64,000 bases of DNA from Octopus sinensis (GCF_006345805.1 NC_042997.1:177630001-177694000); one strand, 5' to 3'. Positions 41,990-55,564 are shown, numbered from the stretch's first letter. The notes: a model not told the origin generated them from the letters alone. Made by a program: numbers and translations.

Positions 41990-42130
41990 TGCTGAATTTC
42001 TTCATAAGAGTATCGTACCAAACTTTATCAAATACCTTCTTAAAATTTATAAAGACATGGTTTAATTGTATTTGACGCTGAAAGGTTATTACACTAGCGG
42101 AGGCGCTTCTACTTCTATCAGTTACCACTT
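41990..42130 (-). pseudogene. RTE-like RT fragment
   Basis: QLNHVFINFKKVFDKVW (F.DFKKAFD.V motif). Confidence 0.55.
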
Positions 42131-43195
42131 ATTCAAGATAACTCTAAACACAACATTGTATAGTTGTTATTACTAGTTATGCAATAGTCCTGGCTTAGTT
42201 GGAGATTACCTTGTGCGCGATAACTTAGTCAAGAATGTCGGCGATTCATTAGTTTGCCAAATGTTATTCTAAGTAGTCGTAAGTGAATCTGTTGTGAAAC
42301 AAAACGAAGGAACTAACTATTCGATTGTTTCTTCCGTTTGTCGGAGTTCCATGGTTTGAATTTGCAACGGCTTCCCTGCAGAAACTTAACTTGCTGTCTT
42401 CGTATCCACAATGTTACACGCAGCCGTTTATTTGTCCGCGAACATATTGTATGCAAAGACAATGTGCTTAAAACTGCTTCCTACATACAGCGCTGGTTAA
42501 AAATCTATAACATTCTGTAGTATAGAATAAGACACACACACACATACACACAACGTGTGCGTGTATGTGTGTGTGTATGTATTCATATATGTATATATGT
42601 ATGTATGTATAGATATATACATATAATCACATGAATGTGCGTACAAACGTGCATACGTATATATATCGATCTGACAAGTTGTACCTCAAAAGTTATCGAT
42701 TCTGCTCCGCCCTGAGGTGACCTACTTGCAGTCAAAGAGCCATGAGTGACCGAAGCAAGTCAATAACTAAAACATGTAACAGCACAAAACAATTTTGACT
42801 TGTTTACTGTTCAGTAAAATTTACCTACAACTTAATGTATTTGCTCTGTTTTATACTCTGAGACATTATGGTGTAATTCCGAAACGTCCCGTGCGTTTCG
42901 CCCTTCTCTTCCTCTCTTTTCATCTCCCTATCTTTGTTTCCTTCTCTCCCCCCCCCCCACACATAGATGAAGAAACAACCCTGAAACAGCTGTCACTCTC
43001 TAATTCTCTTTTTCTCTCCTACTCAATCTCAGAAGAAAGGGCAACGCCGACAGGTCGTACTCACTTTACTTTCCTCTCTATCTCTTCCTTTTATCACCTT
43101 CTTTATCTTTCTCATAGATGTAGGATGTAGGATTAGTGCTGAAATACCTTCGTTTTATCTCTCCTACTCTTCTCTCTCTTTCTACTCTTTCACCC

Positions 43196-43244
<49 letters not shown>

Positions 43245-43448
43245 TCCTCCCTGTTTTTCTCAATCTCAAATGAAAGAACAATATCGAAACTTCAAACTCC
43301 TTTTCTCTCCATGTTGTATAGAATGATTTAAAGGAAATTCATGGATCTAGGTCAGAAATTTTGACTGAATTTTCAACAGTTCCATCAACTACTCTACGAA
43401 GATCATTGAATTAGAATTTAAGTGGATGAATATCCTACAGGCAAAATA

Positions 43449-43505
<57 letters not shown>

Positions 43506-44070
43506 ATGGATATTTTTATGTATATCTATATATATAGTAAAGATCAGTGAAATTTCCATTTTCAATCCTTTATATACCAAGCAAATTTTCTCTTATCATT
43601 TATCACTGCTTAGCGTTCCACCTCTGTAATTTACTTACGGTGAGCCGCCGCACAGCGCTGCCAGTCGCCGTATGGCAACCTGAAAAGTATAAGAGAGCTA
43701 GTCTCTTCAATCAGCTCGTAGTGCCGCCCGCCCGCCTCCGAATAGAAGATAACTACTCCAAATTGCTTGCATCTCACGGTCTGTGTAGGTGGCGCTATGA
43801 GCTGATCTAGGTGTAAACACACCATTTGTCAACAAATGGGATATATTTTCCGTGACCAAACGCAGTACGTAGCTTGTTCTCCAGTCCGAATGTGCCTCAA
43901 GCAAATTCAGACGGATAATAACATTACTACCACGTACCTATCTACCTATCTGGCTATCAGGTTGTCTATCTGTCTGTCTGTCTATCTGTTTAGGTATCTA
44001 TCTATCTATGTATATTTATCCACTTACCTCTAATTATCTTTCTCTTTTTAGCTATTTATCTGTCTAATCT

Positions 44071-44150
<80 letters not shown>

Positions 44151-45236
44151 CACACACAAATGCATACATTCATGTATATATATATGTACACATATACATA
44201 TATATACATGTATGTATGTATTTATGTGTAAATGCATGTGTGTATGTATATACGAATGAATATAATACCAACCAACATACATACATATACATACATACAC
44301 ACATACAAACATACATACACACATACAAACATACATACATACAAACATACATACATACAAACATACATACAAACATACACATGCACGCATGCATACATAT
44401 ATACATAGATATACATACACAATTACGTACGTACATAATACATACGTACACACAAGGAAGTTGTTTATGTGTTTATACAAACAAATGAAAAGCTCAATAG
44501 GCGCTAATAAAGGTTGTCTGTAGAGATAAGATTTCTCTTTCTACTCCTCCTCAATGGGTGTTTTCTACAGGCTTTACTATCAAAATTAGGCAAACTGATA
44601 CATTAAGTTTATATACGAGCACAAACACCAAAATGAATGAATAAAATAAAATAAAATAAAATAATAAATGAAAACGTCTAAATTCCAATAATGATTTTTT
44701 TACTTTTTCTCTTGCCAACAATACACATATTAACAAAAACACAACATGATCCGCCAAGAAAACAAAATTAATTAGCTTTAGCAACATAACATAACATAGA
44801 ATGAAAAATACTGAAGCAAAAACAAAATAGTTCAATATAAAAAAGAACAAAGCAGGATGAAATAAAAGACTACAACTAGAGTGCCGTTGTTTGATCATAG
44901 CTAGAACGAAGAGCGACCAAATAAAGATATCCTGACCAAGGATCAACAGAACCAATTTAGGTGGGTGGATTGGCGAATTGATAATGCACCGGATAAATAT
45001 AAATAAGCTACATTGGTTGGATATTCGAATCCTGCCAATAGAGCTGCCTTTTATTTCATTTTATTTTATTTATAGCTTCTTTTTTTTTTACATATATATA
45101 TATATATATATTTAATCTTTTCTCTTTTGCTTGTTTCAATAATTAGCTGCGGCCATGGTGAGGCACCGTATGGGATGGATTAGTCAACTGCATTATTTAC
45201 ATTTGACGGATATTTGTACTCATCTTGTTTATTGTT

Positions 45237-45282
45237 AACACAACGTTTCGGCTGGTATACTCTCCAGCCTTCATCAGGTGTC
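45237..45282 (-). ncRNA. Canonical minimal type-I hammerhead ribozyme (Penelope pLTR type) in a ~150-bp element abutting (ATT)n
   Basis: Minus strand: gacac CTGATGA a ggctgg-agagtata-ccagcc GAAA cg TT gtgtt; all stems pair and the core is intact. Confidence 0.85.
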
Positions 45283-45330
45283 TTGGGGAAATTTCGAACC
45301 TGGGTTCTCATTGCTAGGGTATTTTTCGAT

Positions 45331-45720
<390 letters not shown>

Positions 45721-46562
45721 CGAACAAGACATTTCACTGTGTACTTACCGCTGTGATTGGAACAACTTACCGCTGTGATTGAGTTATGATGTGTCGACAT
45801 TTTATAAACAAACTTTGGAAGCGTCGAATGTGTTTGGTATTTTACAGACAAGGAAATAAATTTCGAACGCAATATAGTTGTGAAACCGCAGAAAGGTAGA
45901 GTATTTTACTCTTCTAGTCACCTGCTGGTAACTTAACTTTTTTTCCGTCTTACCCTTATAAGAGTAACATACCTAATCTTCCTGCCTGTTTTCAGTTATA
46001 CTACGTTCGAAATTCACTTTCTTATGATGTGTATATTAGCTTGAAAAATGACTGCATTCTACACAGGCACCGCTTGTTCGCAGATACAAAGCATGAGAAC
46101 AAGTATTTCAGTACTGTTCTTACGGCTCAATTGATTGTGTAACTCCTCATCACCTGGTCAGAAGAAATCAATATCTTCTTTGTCTGTTGTTAAGTGTGAC
46201 CAGTAGAATAAATTGCTTTGACTTCTCATAATTAGAAAAATATTCATTAATGCATGATTAGCCCTATTGACTTCATATCTAGGCCATCATGTGAATCATG
46301 ATGCTACAAATGTGTGAGTATGTCTGTTAGCGTGTGAGTGTACACGCGTGTTTGTGTCTACATGTAATTATATATGCATGTATTTATGTATGTATGTATG
46401 TATGTATGTATGTATGTATGTATGTATGTATGTATGTGTGTATGTATGTATGTATGTTGTATGTATGTATGTATGTGTGTGTATGTTAATATATGTTTGC
46501 GTGCATATGTATGTATATATATGCGTATATAGGTGTGTGAGTGTGTCTGTGTGTGCGCATAT

Positions 46563-46765
46563 ATGGGGAGAATTCACAAAAAAAACAAAAGACGAAGACA
46601 GGTAGTCTAAACAACAAACTGATGCATTAGTACAACGCTCGGGAAGTAAAAAAGCCTTTAATGTTTCGAGCCTACGCTCTTCCACAGAAAGGAACACAGA
46701 AAGAAACAAGTAGAGAAAATAAAGAATGTGTAGTGGCTAGCGATCTATCATAGCGAATGTCTGAT
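46563..46765 (-). mobile_element. Short element with HHR-like A6U variant at 46655-46692
   Basis: Minus strand: ccttt CTGTGGA A gagc-gtag-gctc GAAA ca TT aaagg. Confidence 0.6.
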
Positions 46766-47380
46766 GACAGCAAACAATACAAAACTTCGAAGTCACTGCA
46801 AATATATTCCAACTAAAAATTAATATGTACCCAACAAAATAACATTGAATTATCCTTTAGTTTAATGTTAAACTTTTTATATATAACTTGATTTAAAACT
46901 AACTTTAACGCACACGAACAGCAGCTGGGCGTGCGAAAGCGTGTATATATACATGTAGGTACATATATATGTATGTGGATATATATGTATATGTCTGTGT
47001 ATGTGTATTACTACATTTTAGTATAGCATATGATATATACTGTATTATTTTACAGGATACAATATTATATGATATAGGTTTCTATGACTTTGCGCAAGAC
47101 CACAAACTGCATGAACGTAGTCGATCGAATTTACAACAGTATAATCTTGTTGCTTATAACTTATCTTTTGCCTGTTTGAGTAATTAGGCTGTGGCCATAC
47201 TGGGGCACCGCCTTGAAGAATTTTAAGTCGAATGAATAAAATCCAGTACTTATTTTTTGTTAAGCCTCGTACTTACTCTATGGGTTTCATTTTGCAGAAC
47301 CACTAAGTTACAAGTACGTAAACACAATCACCGGTTGTCAAGCTTCGATGGGAGACAAACACAAAGACACGCACACACAT

Positions 47381-47462
<82 letters not shown>

Positions 47463-47540
47463 AGGGTAGAAATTGATGTTAATCAATTAAAACCAGTGGC
47501 TTAGCATATTTAAAAATCCGAAGATTAAAAATTGTTCTAC

Positions 47541-47782
47541 ATACAAAATTAAGAGGAATGACCACTAAAGTGGACACCCTATATGCTAAACATAAACGTC
47601 AAATCGCCATTACCACGAAGAATGTGTTCTCAAGAAAAAATCTCAGCAAAGCAAATTTTTACCGTTTGGCGTTTTGCTGAGATTTTTTCTTGAGAACACA
47701 TTCTTCGTGGTAATGGCGATTTGACGTCTATGTTTAGCATATAGGGTGTCCACTTTAGTGGTCATTCCTCTTAATTTTGTAT
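47541..47782. repeat. Long hairpin, 110-bp arms with a 22-nt loop
   Basis: 47541-47650 is the reverse complement of 47673-47782 with ~1 mismatch. Confidence 0.92.
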
Positions 47783-47800
47783 ATATACATATATATATAT

Positions 47801-48674
47801 ATATCTAATGAAGGATAAAATATTTTCTAAAAAAATATTCTTTTCCAAAAAAATTTTATCAATGGCCAGCATATCAAAATATACCTTTAAAGGTTAAATC
47901 TATAAACAATTCATAATTAAGGGCAAACGAAAAAGTCATTGTGCTCATGACTTAGTGTTCGCTTCTTCCATGGGTATGAGTAAGTATCTCATTTATATCT
48001 TTTGCCACATGTATCACTGACGAAGGGAGGGCTGTTATAAGCTAACCCTGAAATCGGTCCGATATGGTAATAATGGTATGTTTTAGAAATATCTGTCGAC
48101 CTTTTTTCGAGTAGCGTGCATATTGTGAAAACATTATATGGTTAATGGACAATATGTCCAATTTTTCGGCATATCTGGCATTAGAAATTTTTTCGTTTGC
48201 CCTTAATTATGAATTGTTTATAGATTTAACCTTTAAAGGTATTTTTTGATATGCTGGCCATTGATAAAATTTTTTTGAGAAAAGAATATTTTTTTCGAAA
48301 AAATTTTATCCTTCATTAGATATAAATTTAAGCGTTCACTTCCGGACTCTTTCACTCTGTGAGAGCATTAGTTTAAATCGCACGTGTCTCGAATAGGCTG
48401 GAGTATTTCTATTTTGGATGTATTTGGGGTACTTAATTGTGCTCATGACTTAGTGTTCGTTTCTTCCATGGGTATGAGTAAGTATCTCATTTATTTCTTT
48501 TGCCACATGTATCACTGACGAAGGGAGGGCTGTTATAAGCTAACCCTGAAATCGGTCCGATATGGTAATAATGGTATGTTTTAGAAATTTCTGTCGACCT
48601 TTTTTCGAGTAGCGTGCATACTGTGAAAAAATTATATGGTTAATGGACAATATGTCCAATTTTTCGGCATATCT
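47801..48674 (+). mobile_element. Penelope-pLTR/retrozyme-like element: inverted arm plus partial tandem repeat with two hammerheads
   Basis: IR 47801-47934/48189-48323; DR 47938-48176/48436-48674 (period 498); HHR tgtatca CTGACGA aggg..ccct GAAA tcgg TC cgatatg at 48010-48066 and 48508-48564. Confidence 0.8.
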
Positions 48675-48840
48675 TACATATATATATATATATATGATAT
48701 ACTTCTTTCAGTTTTCGTCTATCAAATCCACTCACAAGGCTTTGATTGGACCGAGGCTGTGGTAGAAAATACTGCCCAAGGTGCAAGGTTCAAAAATATA
48801 CAAATATGAAAGAATAACAAACAGATGTATACATCCATAC

Positions 48841-48873
<33 letters not shown>

Positions 48874-49049
48874 TAGAGAGACAGAGACAGACAGACAATC
48901 AGACAGACAATCAGACAGACAGACAGATAGATAAAAAGTCATGGACACAAAGAACCTCCAGCAATCGAACTCATGACCTTACGATCGTGAGCCGAATACA
49001 CTAACCACTAAGCTAAAAGCCTATATAAAAATGAGTGGCATTGCATTGA

Positions 49050-49260
49050 TTTCAAATTTTAGCACAGGGCCAGCAATTCTGGGGGGCGGGCTAAGTCCAT
49101 TACATCGACCCTAGTGTTCAATAGATACTTATTTTAACGACACCGCAAGGACGAAAAGCAAAGTGGACGACGGCGGAATTTGAACTCAGAATGTAAAGAC
49201 GGACGAAATGCTTCTAAGCATTTTGTGTCGGAGTACTAACGGTTCTGCCATCTCGCCGCT
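49050..49260 (-). mobile_element. SINE family B (degenerate)
   Basis: cggcggaatttgaactcagaatg..ttctgccatctcgccgc. Confidence 0.8.
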
Positions 49261-49524
49261 TTGGAGAGCCATTGCATTAATTAATAGTGGTGCAGAAGGA
49301 CGATGAACGAGCATACGGAGAGCAGGAAAATCATACAAAGGACATTCATCCCTCATCAGTTATCGACCAAATGACATCACAATTTCGGCGTCTTAAGAGT
49401 GTTTCTCAGTGTCTGTGTATGTGACTGTTTGTATCTATATGCATGAATGCGTATGTAAGTATAATTATGTATTCGTATTTATAAATATCTCTATCTATCT
49501 ATATATATATATATATTATATATA

Positions 49525-49565
<41 letters not shown>

Positions 49566-49763
49566 TACATATATACATATATATATATACATGTATTTAT
49601 ATATATATATATGTTTTCGTATATATGTATATATATATATATATATATATACATATATATACATGTATTTATATATATATATGTTCGTATATATATATAT
49701 ATAATGTGAGAGAGAGAGAGAGAAAGATAAGAACGTTGACACGAACAATATATGTGTGTGTAC

Positions 49764-49802
<39 letters not shown>

Positions 49803-50439
49803 TACATTAATATATACATTAATGTGTATATTTCTATGCACGTATCTATCCATACAAACATATATTTACAATAATGAGTATGTATGCATGCATACATGCG
49901 TGTATGCATGTGTGTATATATAAATTTAGGCATGTCTCTTTTCATTTCGGGATAACCAAATATGTATATTATAACAGATACACACACACACCCACTTGCA
50001 TACAAACATGCATAAATACAGGCAGACATACAGGCAGACAGACAGACAGACAGACAGGCACACACACACACCATCACAAACCTAGATCCTTGCATACTTG
50101 TGTAGAAAAGTACTGACATATACTGACATACGTATATGCATGCGCGCATACAAAATTGTACACATACATAAATACATACATACATTCATACACACGCATA
50201 CACACACATTCAAACATACATATATGCTCACATATATACATACATAATACATACATAATACATACATACACAAATACATACGTACATGCATGTATACGTA
50301 CGTACGTACGTACGTTCGTACGTAGAGAAACATCACTTATTTATTGTTTGAAATTCTAATGTTTGTACAGTGGGTTCATTGACATTGGCTGACCGCCAGT
50401 CTAAATGAAGGAAAACAGTAAATCAGTGACGTGTGGGTC

Positions 50440-50617
50440 ATCATTATCATCGTCATCCTCCTCCTCATCACCATCATCATCATTGAAATCATTATCATTA
50501 CGACCACTAGCACCACCACCATCTTCATCATCATCGTCGCCACCACCACCTTCATCATCATCATCAACATTAACCTCCTTATCATTATCATCGTCGTCGT
50601 CGTCGTCGTCATCATCG

Positions 50618-50701
<84 letters not shown>

Positions 50702-50715
50702 TCGTCATCATCATA
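50440..50715. repeat. (ATC)n/(GTC)n microsatellite
   Basis: Direct inspection. Confidence 0.95.
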
Positions 50716-51154
50716 ACAGATAGAAAGTGTAAGTTACCGAATCATTAAAACAAACATAAATTTGTTGCTGAAGTGGTTTGAGTCTAGTGTTGAGATCATT
50801 CTTTCTTCTAGATTTGTGCCAAATCTACTGATCTAGATTTAGGAACGGGTCAAACCAATGAAGCAACAAAGTACTTTGCAGCCTTTTATTTTTTTTTTTA
50901 ACCCTTGAAATACATTGATACTAAAACGAGAGAAACTTTTGTTTTGAAGATCTCTTTGCCGCTTAATTCATCTGAAAGTAATACCGGCAAAATCTACCTA
51001 GAAATGACACCCTAGTGTTTTAGAAAAGAGAGCATTATTCGTTGCTCTAGCCCTAACCTGTTCAGTGGTTATAGCAACACCATAGCATTTAATGGTTATG
51101 TTTAATATGTTTTCGTTCAATGATTATGGAAATACCGTTGGGTATAATACGTTC

Positions 51155-51470
51155 CGTGGAGGCGCAATGACCCAGTGGTTAGCGCAGCGGACTCGCGGTC
51201 GGAGGATCGCGGCTTCGATTACCAGACCGGGCGTTGTGTATGTTTATTGAGCGAAAACACCCCAAGAAAAAAAGGCTCCACGAGAGGTGGGGGCGACCCC
51301 TGTTGTACTCTTTCGCCTCAACTTTCTCTCACTCTTTCTTCCTGTTTCTTGAGTAACGCTGCGATGGACTGGAGTCCCGTCCAACTGGGGGGAACACAAA
51401 CGCCACAGAAACGGGGAAACCGGGCCCATGCGTCTGGCTAGGCTTGAAAAGGGCACATAAATAAATAAAT
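51155..51470 (+). mobile_element. tRNA-derived SINE with V-domain-like segment (third SINE family)
   Basis: tRNA-like head ggcgcaatgacccagtggttagcgcagcggactcgcggtc..ggcttcgattacc; ctgcgatggactggagtcccgtcca (V-SINE-like); (TAAA)n tail. Confidence 0.75.
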
Positions 51471-51539
51471 GAGACGTTCCATCAGGGCTGACCTGCGACC
51501 AAAAAAACAACAACAACAATGGCAGAATGGTATAAATGA

Positions 51540-51810
51540 TTGTGGTTGCGTTACTTAGGGGCTTTCTGAGAAGCGCGCAGAACGACGAAACCGTTTTCCT
51601 TGCATTTATACAATATCTGAGTATTGCTTCTCTGTGGAGGTATGTCGAACAACTATTGATGGAGTCCGAGTCCATCATGAATGTTGCCCCATCGCCTTAC
51701 ACTTTCCTGGAGGAGCAAACTCCTACTGTCTGTTAGTTATGGTGAAAGAGGTCATATAGTGGATTCGATTAACAAAACTGAGGACAGATGATGTTTTTCT
51801 CTTTCGGACA
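51540..51810 (+). pseudogene. Possible L1/Tx1-like LINE C-terminal fragment
   Basis: DETVFLAFIQYLSIASLWRYVEQLL resembles the E(T)..H....C.....W zf-RVT region. Confidence 0.35.
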
Positions 51811-53021
51811 TGCCTTAAAATTTGTTACTTAAGTCCTTCGCTCCCTATGAGACATCGACCACGTATGACTTTTCTCCACTGCTCTCGACCTTGCCTTTTG
51901 CTAAGGTTTCTCTTTTTATGTTCCTATGAGGTAAGGTCTTCCTCTCCCAGGTCTTTTTTTTTTTACTTTGACTTGTCATTGATGAGCCCGTAAATTTGCT
52001 TTTCTCTTGTAGGTAGGGTGTTGATCCTACACAAAGTCATTTTCTACCTCCGGAGAAAAAACTGTTCCATTTTAGTCTCCCCACGACCACCACCACCACC
52101 ACAAATTCATACGATATTTGTTTTGATTCTTAACGTTCTGACTCCAAATCTCGCTTCAGTCTATTTTGTCTTTCAATCCTCCATTGTCGATAAAATACTA
52201 ATAAAAAAAATAAACAGTCAAGGAATGAGTCAGTGACTAATTACCAGCCATCAAATCTGCTGGCCTTGTGCCGAAACCAGGGATAATAATAATATTATTA
52301 TTGTCCTCGTTGTTATGCTTCTTGTTTTAATTGTTCTTGTTTCGGTTTCTTGTCTTGGCAAGACATGCTACGTTTCGGATAATATGCGCAGAACGAATTA
52401 TTTGAGCGAGTGAACTAAGTTCACAGATCGCCAGGCCCATATTAACATTTGCATTTTACCCCGTTTGTAAGAAGAAAAAAAAAACAGCCATTAACTTACC
52501 AGACAAGTACATTTCTAATGTCAGGAGTTTAAAGCAAACAATATACACGCCTCCAGAAATGACAACAAACGATAAGAAACAAGTATTTGTATTTTTGAAA
52601 ATATATACAGGAATATACTGAATTATCTCGCTCCATAACACACATAAAATCAGCCAAAATCCTAACAAAAAACTCATGTAACGATAGCAACAACAACAAC
52701 AACAACAATAGCAAAATTTGTTTAGATTCTCTTGCCAACCATAAAATTTTGAAAATCTAGCGTATCTCAAATATGTTACCAAATGAAATATTTCTTAATG
52801 GAAAGAATTGGAGAGAAAGCTATCTTTCTGCTCCTAAAAGGACAACCAGCCCAGCCTTTTCCATATCCAGGGGAAGGAGGTTTCCACTTGCCTCAGAATA
52901 TTTGAAAGGAATTTTGGCCGGTGTAGGCTGAGTGTAGTTTCCTACGACCATAGTAAAATACTCGGAAATATTTACTTTCACTTCAAGACAGAGCTAGGCG
53001 TATTGTTATAATGTTTCATTA

Positions 53022-53435
53022 GGCGCAGGAGTGGCTGTGTGGTAAGTATCTTGCTTACGAACCACATGATTCCGGGTTCAGTCCCACTGCGTGGCACCTT
53101 GGGCACGTGTCTTCTACTATAGCATCGAGCCGACCAAAGCCTTGCAAGTGGATTTGGTAGACGAAAACTGAAAGAAGCCCGTCGTATATATGTATACATA
53201 TATTTTTGTATGTGTGTTTGCGTGTCTGTGTTTTCCCCCATCCCCACCCCCAACAACGCTTGACAACCGATGCTGGTGTGTTTACGTCCATGTAACTTAG
53301 CGGTCAGGCAAAAGAGACCGACAGAATAAGTACTAAGCTTACAAAGAACAAGTCCTGGGGTCGATTTCCTCGACTAAAGGCGGTGCTCCAGCATGGCCAC
53401 AGTCAAATGACTGAAACATGTAAAAGAGTAAAAGA
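53022..53435 (+). mobile_element. SINE family A, full length with 9-bp TSD
   Basis: gtttcatta flanks both ends (53013-53021 and 53436-53444). Confidence 0.93.
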
Positions 53436-53835
53436 GTTTCATTATGTTAATTATATAGACAATAAGTATGTTGTTTTCTTTAATGGCCAGTCAGCTGTGG
53501 AAGATTTTTTGAATCTTGAGGTAATCTGCCCTTGTCCAGTTGAGTGGAGTTAATCTTAATTGCCGTTTGGCATTTAGGATATATCCTCTAGAGGCGGAAA
53601 TGATTTTAATAAATTGAGAATTTATGTTGTATAGTATTTGTTGTACATATATTTGTTTATGGTGCTCATTGACGCTAAGTTATTTCTTTTTGCTCATATA
53701 TGTTTACACACACAAACACACACATACATGTATGAGACAAAGAGCGAGTGAGAGAGAAAAAGAACGATATATATATATAGATACAAACACACATACACAT
53801 ATATATATAATAATATATAAATATACATACACGTA

Positions 53836-53880
<45 letters not shown>

Positions 53881-54249
53881 GAGAGAGAGTGGGGAGAGAT
53901 AGTACATTACACACGTCACTGTGTATTGCAGTACATACGCAATATAATGGTGACAGTAACGGGCATTTGCTGTGGCTTTAACTGACAGCTTGTTATCACC
54001 TTTATAATATAATCTGGTCTGCTGTTAAACATGGATGTAACGTGAAATGATATGTCATCGGAAGGGGCCAGCAGAGATCTGTTAGTCTGGATGACATCTG
54101 AAGATCGCTGGTAATTTTTGAACTAGGATTCGTTGAAGTTGCAGAAACTAAAGCACTGAAACCAATGGTGCAGAGCTGTTGTTTTATCTAAGCTCCGTGA
54201 AGAGCTGAGAAGCTGTCCTTGACCTCTGTCATATATATATATATATATA

Positions 54250-54680
54250 TATATAAATCAATAAATGGTGGGGTTGTGTTGACCGCACGTGGAGAAATGA
54301 TAGGCAAGGAAAAATTAAAAAGGCAGAATGCTAAATTGAAGGAAAGTTTTAATGAAAATGGATGTATGGAAAATTTTGAGAAAATTAATAAAATATATAT
54401 ATATTAATTCAAACCGGTTTTAATCACAATGTGACTTTTCAAGGTGGAAAGAAAAAAAAATTTTGTTATGTTTGAGGAGGGGCAAAAAAGAAAATTACAT
54501 TGTTTTTTGCAAAAAATAATAAACATGTACAAAAATTAAAAAATAGGTATTCCGATACATTGTAAAGTCTTTGTGTGTATCTCGAGTTTAATGATAGTTC
54601 TTGAAAAAATTACCTTGGAGGATTGAGATCCATGTGATTAAATCCATGTGCTGTTTGATTAATTAAGGATTCTGTTAAGT
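54250..54680 (-). mobile_element. Penelope-like 3' remnant with degenerate U3:A8 HHR (54407-54445); homologous to 33168-33302
   Basis: Shared gcagaatgct..aaattga..ttttaat and ttcaa(a)ccggtttt; minus TTGAAAA gtcac-att-gtgat TAAA accgg TT. Confidence 0.5.
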
Positions 54681-54858
54681 GATATATAGATATATATATA
54701 TAATAATATATATATATATATATATTATATATATCTATATATATATAAATATTACAACATACGATACTTACATATACGAACGTATACATACGCATATGCA
54801 CGTATGCATCAAGGCTAGTTCAAAATTCCCGCCGCTTAATTCCATGTGCTATATGGTA

Positions 54859-54958
54859 NNNNNNNNNNNNNNNNNNNNNNNNNNNNNNNNNNNNNNNNNN
54901 NNNNNNNNNNNNNNNNNNNNNNNNNNNNNNNNNNNNNNNNNNNNNNNNNNNNNNNNNN
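54859..54958. other. Assembly gap (100 N)
   Basis: Run of N. Confidence 1.
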
Positions 54959-55435
54959 GTGATTTTTTTTCTTAATAACAGACTGTATTTTGCAGGATAT
55001 TTGAGTTTTGTCCTGAGAAAAATGATATTCTTGTATGCTCAGACTGAGGGCCTCATCACAGACACTAGTGCAGGGCCTGTATACACCTTGGGGCAGTCTT
55101 CGTACCTACGGGTTAAATAGGCTCTGTGCTTGGAGAATGCAGGTGACTGGCTGAGTATTTTGTAGATAAACTGACAAAAGGCAACGTTAAAAAAAAATGG
55201 TTGTATCTATCCCAGGAAAAATCCTGAATCATCAGCCTTAGCAACAGAGTTTAATGATCGCCGACGATGCACACAAAGCACATGAAGAAAGAGAGATTCG
55301 GCACTTAATTCTAGCAGGTCGAACAACCATGTTGAGAGCTCCTTATTACTCAATATAACCGCGGCTTTACACACCACACTGCTTTTTTTATTGTTATTAT
55401 TTTGTACTATTGTTTAGCCCCAGGTCAACCTTCAT

Positions 55436-55501
55436 TATGCCTCGGGCCAACCAAAGCCTTGTGAGTGGATTTGGTAGACGGAAACTGAAAGAAGCCCGTC
55501 G

Positions 55502-55564
<63 letters not shown>

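Larger units (their letters stand above)
47165..48790 (-). mobile_element. SINE family A split at its internal (TA)n by ~1.2 kb of inserted hairpin/HHR elements
   Basis: SINE 3' half at 47165-47370; 5' portion resumes at ~48700 (cttctttcagttttcgtctatcaaatccactcacaaggc). Confidence 0.7.

Noticed and set aside
49335-49365. Minus-strand CTGATGA followed by a short hairpin
   Set aside because: No GAAA or UH downstream
51155-51230. tRNA-like sequence
   Set aside because: Imperfect cloverleaf followed by a SINE body and tail; a SINE head rather than a tRNA gene
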